Source: Candidatus Rokuibacteriota bacterium | GTDB taxonomy: Bacteria; Methylomirabilota; Methylomirabilia; Rokubacteriales; CSP1-6 | Assembly: GCA_023249095.1 (NCBI GenBank) | Contig: JAHFDK010000008.1 | Span: 9,322 to 73,321, forward strand | Length of the DNA stretch: 64,000 nt | Direction: 5' to 3' | Shown: positions 58,647 through 64,000 of the stretch, piece by piece | Layout of the letters: each line of letters begins with the position of its first letter | Position numbering within the stretch: position 1 is the stretch's first letter | Translations under genes and position numbers: made by a program | The notes under the pieces: generated by a model | Seen by the model: the letters and a program-made list of their open reading frames with translations, nothing else | What the model was told of the DNA's origin: nothing | Databases searched by the model: none

Positions 58647-59384
58647 CTAGGGCCGCCCGTTGCCTCGGGCCTCGAGCCAGGCGGGGAGGAGCGCCAGATC
58701 CGCGAGTAGCGCGATCGGCGTCACCTTCCAGCGGTCGAGATCTGCCTGCCGGGCGCGGTAGGCGATGAACGGAACGCCCGCCGCGGCCGCGGCCACACCG
58801 TCGACCCACGAGTCGCCGACGACGACCGCCGGGGTGCCTCCGGCGAGGCGACCGCTGAAATGTGGGGCAGTGGGAGCTGAGCCGGTGCCCCCGGCGAGGC
58901 GACCTCTGAAATGTTCTGAAATCACGCGCCACCCGTCAGGGTCCGGCTTGAGCGCGCGCATGTCGTCGCGCGTGACGACCAGGTCGAGGTCACCGGCCAG
59001 GCCGAGGCGCTCGAGCGCGGGTAGGGTGAGTGCCCGCGCGTTGTTCGTCCAGAGCGCCGTCGCGAACCCGGCGCGGCGCGCACCCTCGAGCGCCGCGAGC
59101 GCGCCCGACTCGAGCGTGGCCGCCTCCATCGCGCGCCGCTCGTGGTCGAGTGCCAGGTCCCATGCAGCGGACTCCAGCGCCGGCGCCTGCGACCGGCAGT
59201 ACGCGATCAGCTCGCCCACGCGATAGCGCTCGTGCCGGGCCGGGAGGGGGCCGCTCGCCGCCTCGATGAGCGCCCGCATGTCCACAGCCATGGCCGTGAG
59301 ATCGAGGGGTGTCTGGATGAGAGTGTGGTCGAGGTCGAACACGCACACAGCCACGCTGAGACCGTACCACAAGCGTGCTACCAT
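58647..59384 (-). CDS. HAD-family hydrolase containing an in-frame 51-bp tandem duplication
   Basis: Motif I VFDLDHTL and motif III/IV ([19 protein letters not shown]). The duplicated segment [30 protein letters not shown] is encoded by 58835-58865 and 58886-58916. Confidence 0.6.
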   Translation of the reverse strand: MVARLWYGLSVAVCVFDLDHTLIQTPLDLTAMAVDMRALIEAASGPLPARHERYRVGELIAYCRSQAPALESAAWDLALDHERRAMEAATLESGALAALEGARRAGFATALWTNNARALTLPALERLGLAGDLDLVVTRDDMRALKPDPDGWRVISEHFRGRLAGGTGSAPTAPHFSGRLAGGTPAVVVGDSWVDGVAAAAAGVPFIAYRARQADLDRWKVTPIALLADLALLPAWLEARGNGRP

Positions 59385-59395
59385 GAGTTGTCATC

Positions 59396-60769
59396 ATGAC
59401 GCGCACGCTGCTTTCCGTGTTGGCGTTGGCGTCGCTCCTGCTAGTCGCCCTCTCCACGCCGTTCGCGCTCGCGCTCGATGAAGCCGAACGGCTCTGGCTC
59501 GTCGGCGAGCAGGCCTCCGCGGACGGGCTTCACCCGCTCGCCCGCCGGGTCCTCGAGCGCTTCATCGCCGAATACCCGAACGACCCGCGGCTGCCATCGG
59601 CCGTGCTGCTCGTGGGGCGGGCGCGGCTCGCGCTGGGCGACGCGGAGCTGGCGCTCGAGGCCTTCCGCCGCTTTCGTACGCTGGCGCCGCCCGCTCGGCG
59701 GCTCGAGGGACGCTTCTGGGAAGCCGAGGCGCTCTACCGCGTCAAGCGCTTTGCCGAAGCTCGCGCGGCCTATGACGACGTGATGCGACAGGATGCGGCC
59801 TCGCCGCTGGCGCCCGACGCTGCCTACGGTCTCGCCCTGAGCGAGCTCGAGCTGCGCAGGCCGGAGGCCGCGGCCAAGGCCTTGCGTGACCTCGTCACGA
59901 CCTGGCCCGAACACCCGCAGGCGCCGTCCGCGAACTTCTATCTCGCGGAAACACTCTTCGAGCTCAAGCGCTATGCCGACGCCCTGCCACTGCTCACGGG
60001 TTTCGCGACGAAGTATCCGAAACACCGGCTTGTTCCTGACGCACAGTACCTGCTCGGCTCGACACGCCTGGCCATGGGCGACCGGGAGGTGGGCGTCAAC
60101 GACCTCAAAGCGTTCGTCGCGGCGTATCCGTCACATCGGTTGGCACCGGCCGCTCGTCAGACGGTCACCGCGACACTCGCCAAGTACGGAAACCGGACCC
60201 AGCAGCAGGGCGCCTACGCGCAGCTGATGCAGCAGTCACCACCGAGCCCCGAGGCGTTCTACGATGCCGGATTGATCGCGGGCCGGACCGGGCAGCTCCA
60301 GAACCAGGAGACCGCATGGCGGCGACTCCGCAAGGAGTTCCCGAGCCACCCGCTGGCCCACCAGGCCGCTCTCGAGCTGGCCCGCGCGGCGTTCAAGCGG
60401 AAGAGCTGGCAGGATGCCGCGGCCCAGGCGAAGGCGGCCACCGCGAGCAACGATGATGCGGTCCGTGCCGAGGCGCTCCTGCTGGAGGGCGAGTCGGAGC
60501 TGAAGCTCAACCGCCCCCGGGACGCGGCGAAGTCGTTCGAAGCCGTCGGCGCCGTGAAGAACCTCGAAGCCGGTGACCGCTATCGGGCGCTCGCCGGCCT
60601 CGGCCTCGCGCGCGAGCAGCTTGGAGAGCTGCGCGCCGCGCTCACGGCGTACGAGTCCGTCGCCAGCAAGAGCCCCGACGTGACACTGCGGGACTGGGCG
60701 CGCGACCGGGCGGCGGCGGTCAAGGCCCGGCTCAGCAAGTCGTCCACGAGCGGCGAGAAGCGCTCGTGA
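59396..60769 (+). CDS. Secreted tetratricopeptide-repeat protein (YbgF/BamD-like repeats)
   Basis: Signal peptide, then multiple TPR-like helical pairs (...EAEALYRVKRFAEARAAYDDV..., ...LAETLFELKRYADALPLL...). Confidence 0.6.
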   Translation: MTRTLLSVLALASLLLVALSTPFALALDEAERLWLVGEQASADGLHPLARRVLERFIAEYPNDPRLPSAVLLVGRARLALGDAELALEAFRRFRTLAPPARRLEGRFWEAEALYRVKRFAEARAAYDDVMRQDAASPLAPDAAYGLALSELELRRPEAAAKALRDLVTTWPEHPQAPSANFYLAETLFELKRYADALPLLTGFATKYPKHRLVPDAQYLLGSTRLAMGDREVGVNDLKAFVAAYPSHRLAPAARQTVTATLAKYGNRTQQQGAYAQLMQQSPPSPEAFYDAGLIAGRTGQLQNQETAWRRLRKEFPSHPLAHQAALELARAAFKRKSWQDAAAQAKAATASNDDAVRAEALLLEGESELKLNRPRDAAKSFEAVGAVKNLEAGDRYRALAGLGLAREQLGELRAALTAYESVASKSPDVTLRDWARDRAAAVKARLSKSSTSGEKRS

Positions 60770-63747
60770 CGCCACGCCGGCTCGCGCTCGTCCTGCTCGC
60801 CGCGCTCGTCGGGCTGCCGGGCCCGGCGCCGGCGGCGACCGTGCTACCGCTGGTTCCGCCGCCGCCGGATCTGACCGTGCTCGTGCCCTTCGCCGAGGCA
60901 CCGATCGAGAAACCGCCGGTCGCCGCCGCGGACTTGCCGCTGCCGCCTTCACCCTCGGAGCTCCCGACGATGCCGCTGGCGCCCATCGTGGCGCCGACGG
61001 CTGACAAGCTGACTGCCGCCCTCGGTCCGCCGGGCACCCTCGCATGCGTCGGTGCGGCGCTCGGTATCGTGTCGAAAGCCCTCGAGTGCGGGCGGGCGCA
61101 CTACGCCAAGGGCGAGTACTACGACGCGGCCCAGGATCTCGAAGCGGCGGTCCGCCGCGGCTCGGATCGCGACTTCGTGGCGGAAGCGCGGTACTGGCTC
61201 GCCGAGACCTACTATCGGCTCGACCGCTTCCAGCAGGCGGACGCGCTCTTCCGTCAGGTCGCCGGTGGCCCGAGGACCTCGGAGTTCGCAGTCTGGAGCC
61301 TGCATTCGAGCGGCTGGACCGCGCTCCGGCTCAACCAGATGGCCCGGGCGCGCGACACCTTCACCCAGTTCCAGACGGCGACGCCGTCCGTGCTGGAGGC
61401 CTGGGCGCGGCACGGCCTCGGGCTCGCCAACTACGCGCTCGGTCGGCACGACGAGGCGGTGGCGGCATGGACAGCGCTCGCGTCTCACGGCGCTCCGGCC
61501 TCGCTCGCGCGCGACGTTTCGTTCTGGCTCGGCGAGGCGCTCGGGCGCGCCGGCCAGTACGAGCGATCGGTTCGCGAGCTCACCCTGTTCGTCCGGGGGG
61601 GGCCGCACCCGCTGCTGGAGGCGGGTTGGGCGCGGCTCGGTTGGTGGAACCTGGCGGCCGAGCGCTATCTTGATAGCGCGGCCGCTTTTCGTGCGTACCT
61701 GGCGTCGACGAGGAGTGGGGGCCCCGAACGCCAGTGGGTCGAGGCGGGGCTCGCGCTCGCGCTGTTCCCCTCCGATCCGGACGGCGCGAAGAACATGGTC
61801 CGCGGGCTGGAGGCGCGTCGCTCGCCGCTGGTCGTGCCGCTCCAGATCCGCCTCGCGCGTGTCCTGATCGATGCGAAAAAGCCAGCGGAGGTACCGGCGC
61901 TCGTCCAGGAGTTGCTGGGCGCGACGCTCACGACCGGTGTGCGCGCGCATGCCATCCTGTTGAAGGGGGAGGCGTACCGGCTCGGCGGGAACCGGGATGA
62001 CGCGCGCACACAGTACGAGCTGGCGCAGAAAATGGATCCCGCGAGCGCGACGGGCTGGTACGCGGCGTACCGGCTGGCCCAGGCCAACTTCGAGCTGCGC
62101 GAGTTCGCCCAGGCCGCTCGCGACCTTCCCGGCGTCGTCTCTGCCGCGACCTCGACCGACGCGCGCGTCGCTGGGCTGTTGCTGCGGGCCGAGGCCGCGT
62201 ATCACGCGGGCGAGCACCTGACGGCCGCGGCCGCCTTCCGCCGCGTCCTCGTCGAATTTCCGACCCACGCCCAGGCGCCCGCCGCGCGGCTCGGGCTCGC
62301 GTGGTCACTGCTGCGTCACGACCGCCTCGAGGACGCGCGCCGGGAGTTCCTGGAGTTCGCGCAGGCGCTCCCCGGCGATCCAAGCGCGCCTGATGCGCTC
62401 GAGCTCGCCTCGGAGCTGGCGCTGCGCAGCGACGCCGACCGCGAGGAGGCGCGACAGCTCCTCGAGCGCGTCATTTCGAGCTTCCCCCGAGCGCCGCGAA
62501 CGGAGTTCGCCCGGCTCAATCGCGCGATGCTCATGGTGCGCACCGGGGACGTGGGCGCCGCGCAGCCCGCGCTCCGCGACTGGATCCGGCGCGCGCCGTT
62601 CCCGCCGCTCCTCGGTCGGGCCCAGTCCGCGCTCGGCGCGGCCCTCCTCGCCGCCGGGCGTCCGGGCGAGGCGGCCAGCGCGTTCACGCAGGCGCAGCGT
62701 GAGGGGGTCGGGCCCCTCGCCACGCTCGGCCTCGGTGCCGCCGCGCTCGCCCAGGGGCAGTTGGAGTTCGCGACGAGCAAGCTCACCGAGGCCCGCGACG
62801 CCGGCACGGCGGAGGTCGCGGCTGTCGCCGCATACGGGCTGGCGGTGGTCGCCTTCCAGCGAGGCGGGGTGAAGGAATTCAAACAGCCGGCGCTCGCGGC
62901 GCTCGGACTCGCGCCGAAGGGACTCGCGGCGCCGCGGCTGCTCTACGTCCTGACCGGGATCGCCGTCGAGGAGAAGGATTGGCCTGGCGCGCTCTCGACG
63001 GCCAAGCGGCTCGCCGAGGAGTTCCCATCCGACGAGACGGCGGACGACGCGTTGGAGCGTGTCGGCGCCGGCGCCGCGGCGGTGTCGGCGTGGCCCGTCG
63101 TGACCGAGGCGTACACGCTGCTGGAGAGACGTTATCCGAAGAGCCCGTTTCTCGATCCCGCCCGGGTCACGTTGGCCGAGGCGCAGGTGGAGACGGGCCG
63201 GCCCGAGGCGGCTCGCCCGGCCCTCGAGCAGTTCGTGGCGACCTCGCCGAACGACCCGCGCGCACCCCGCGCCTGGGCCGCGCTGGCGCGGGCCCGTGAG
63301 GTGACCGGCGACCGCGCCGGCGCGCTCGACGCCTACGCGCGTGGCGTGAAGGACGGGGGTGCCACCGACCTTCGCCCCGAGGCGGCGTTCGGTTACGCGC
63401 GGCTGCTCACGCAGGAAAAGCGCTGGGGCGCGGCGCGCGGCGTGCTCGAGCGGCTGGTGCGGACCGACGACAAGGCCGTGGTCGCGGCCGCCGCCGGCGG
63501 GATCGGCGAGACCTACCAGGGGGAGGGCGACCATCTCGCCGCCGCCGAGTACTTCATGACGGCGGCGTACGTCCTGCCCGACTCGCCGGCCGGTCGTCGC
63601 GGTCTGCTCGGTGCCGGTGCGAGCTTCGCGGCGCTGAAGCAGAACGACGCGGCGGAGGTGGTGTACAGGAAGCTCCTGGCGCAGACGGGCGTCCCGGCTG
63701 AGCTGGCCGACACGGCCCGCAAGGGACTGAAGGACATCGGGCGTTGA
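60766..63747 (+). CDS. Large secreted tetratricopeptide-repeat protein
   Basis: 993 aa. ATG overlaps the upstream stop (ATGA). Signal peptide, a Pro-rich segment, then TPR-like repeats throughout. Confidence 0.6.
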   Translation: MTPRRLALVLLAALVGLPGPAPAATVLPLVPPPPDLTVLVPFAEAPIEKPPVAAADLPLPPSPSELPTMPLAPIVAPTADKLTAALGPPGTLACVGAALGIVSKALECGRAHYAKGEYYDAAQDLEAAVRRGSDRDFVAEARYWLAETYYRLDRFQQADALFRQVAGGPRTSEFAVWSLHSSGWTALRLNQMARARDTFTQFQTATPSVLEAWARHGLGLANYALGRHDEAVAAWTALASHGAPASLARDVSFWLGEALGRAGQYERSVRELTLFVRGGPHPLLEAGWARLGWWNLAAERYLDSAAAFRAYLASTRSGGPERQWVEAGLALALFPSDPDGAKNMVRGLEARRSPLVVPLQIRLARVLIDAKKPAEVPALVQELLGATLTTGVRAHAILLKGEAYRLGGNRDDARTQYELAQKMDPASATGWYAAYRLAQANFELREFAQAARDLPGVVSAATSTDARVAGLLLRAEAAYHAGEHLTAAAAFRRVLVEFPTHAQAPAARLGLAWSLLRHDRLEDARREFLEFAQALPGDPSAPDALELASELALRSDADREEARQLLERVISSFPRAPRTEFARLNRAMLMVRTGDVGAAQPALRDWIRRAPFPPLLGRAQSALGAALLAAGRPGEAASAFTQAQREGVGPLATLGLGAAALAQGQLEFATSKLTEARDAGTAEVAAVAAYGLAVVAFQRGGVKEFKQPALAALGLAPKGLAAPRLLYVLTGIAVEEKDWPGALSTAKRLAEEFPSDETADDALERVGAGAAAVSAWPVVTEAYTLLERRYPKSPFLDPARVTLAEAQVETGRPEAARPALEQFVATSPNDPRAPRAWAALARAREVTGDRAGALDAYARGVKDGGATDLRPEAAFGYARLLTQEKRWGAARGVLERLVRTDDKAVVAAAAGGIGETYQGEGDHLAAAEYFMTAAYVLPDSPAGRRGLLGAGASFAALKQNDAAEVVYRKLLAQTGVPAELADTARKGLKDIGR

Positions 63748-64000
63748 AGGGTTACGGCGGTCGCGTCCTGCTCGTCGATCTGACGACGGGGACGACGCGC
63801 ACCCAGACGCTCGACGAGGGCACGGCCCGGGGGCTGCTGGGCGGTAACGGCCTCGCCGCGCGCTTGCTCTACGACCGCCTCCCGCCGCGGACCGACCCGT
63901 TCGCGCCCGACAACGCGGTCGTCTTCAGCGTGGGACCCATCACCGACACGACGGTGCCGGGCAACAGCCGTGCCTGCGTCGCCAGCAAGTCGCCCCTGAC
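63744..64000 (+). CDS. Aldehyde ferredoxin oxidoreductase family protein, N-terminal fragment (3' end outside window)
   Basis: TTG start overlaps the upstream stop. MKGYGGRVLLVDLTTGTT...GGNGLAARLLYD matches the AOR N-terminal domain. Confidence 0.65.
   Translation, partial: MKGYGGRVLLVDLTTGTTRTQTLDEGTARGLLGGNGLAARLLYDRLPPRTDPFAPDNAVVFSVGPITDTTVPGNSRACVASKSPL

Overview
High-GC (about 70%) bacterial chromosomal window, densely packed on both strands with about 55 CDS.

Most of it is housekeeping:
- gltX, glnB-glnE, polA-coaE, rsmA, an M23 peptidase, rnj-ftsK, rimO-pgpA-cinA, thpR, recA-pilT-recX, alaS, rlmI, murG/ddl, rarA and maf.
- A speB / speH-speE polyamine cluster.
- Dpp/Opp-type ABC, TAXI-TRAP and NMT1-like solute-binding proteins.
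- An ECF sigma / anti-sigma / DUF4139 operon.
- A response regulator with a cytoplasmic GAF histidine kinase.
- Three TPR proteins.
- A partial AOR-family gene at the 3' end.

No rRNA, tRNA, CRISPR array, IS/transposase, integrase or phage genes were recognised.

The unusual content is non-coding:
- Three copies of a roughly 150-bp foldback element. Each has 38-45-bp perfect inverted arms of copy-specific sequence around a roughly 60-nt core with conserved termini (ACTGCTGCGAT...CGCTGACTACA). This is the leading candidate for something undescribed.
- Three tandem-repeat arrays (24 bp x10, 51 bp x5, 46 bp x2) and an in-frame 51-bp duplication.
- Two frameshifted genes.
- Several conserved genes with no canonical in-frame start codon.
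- A recA promoter overlapped by a perfect 14-bp palindrome.

The lineage cannot be assigned from sequence alone; gene content suggests a Gram-negative-type, high-GC organism. Coordinates of hand-refined starts carry an uncertainty of 1-2 nt.
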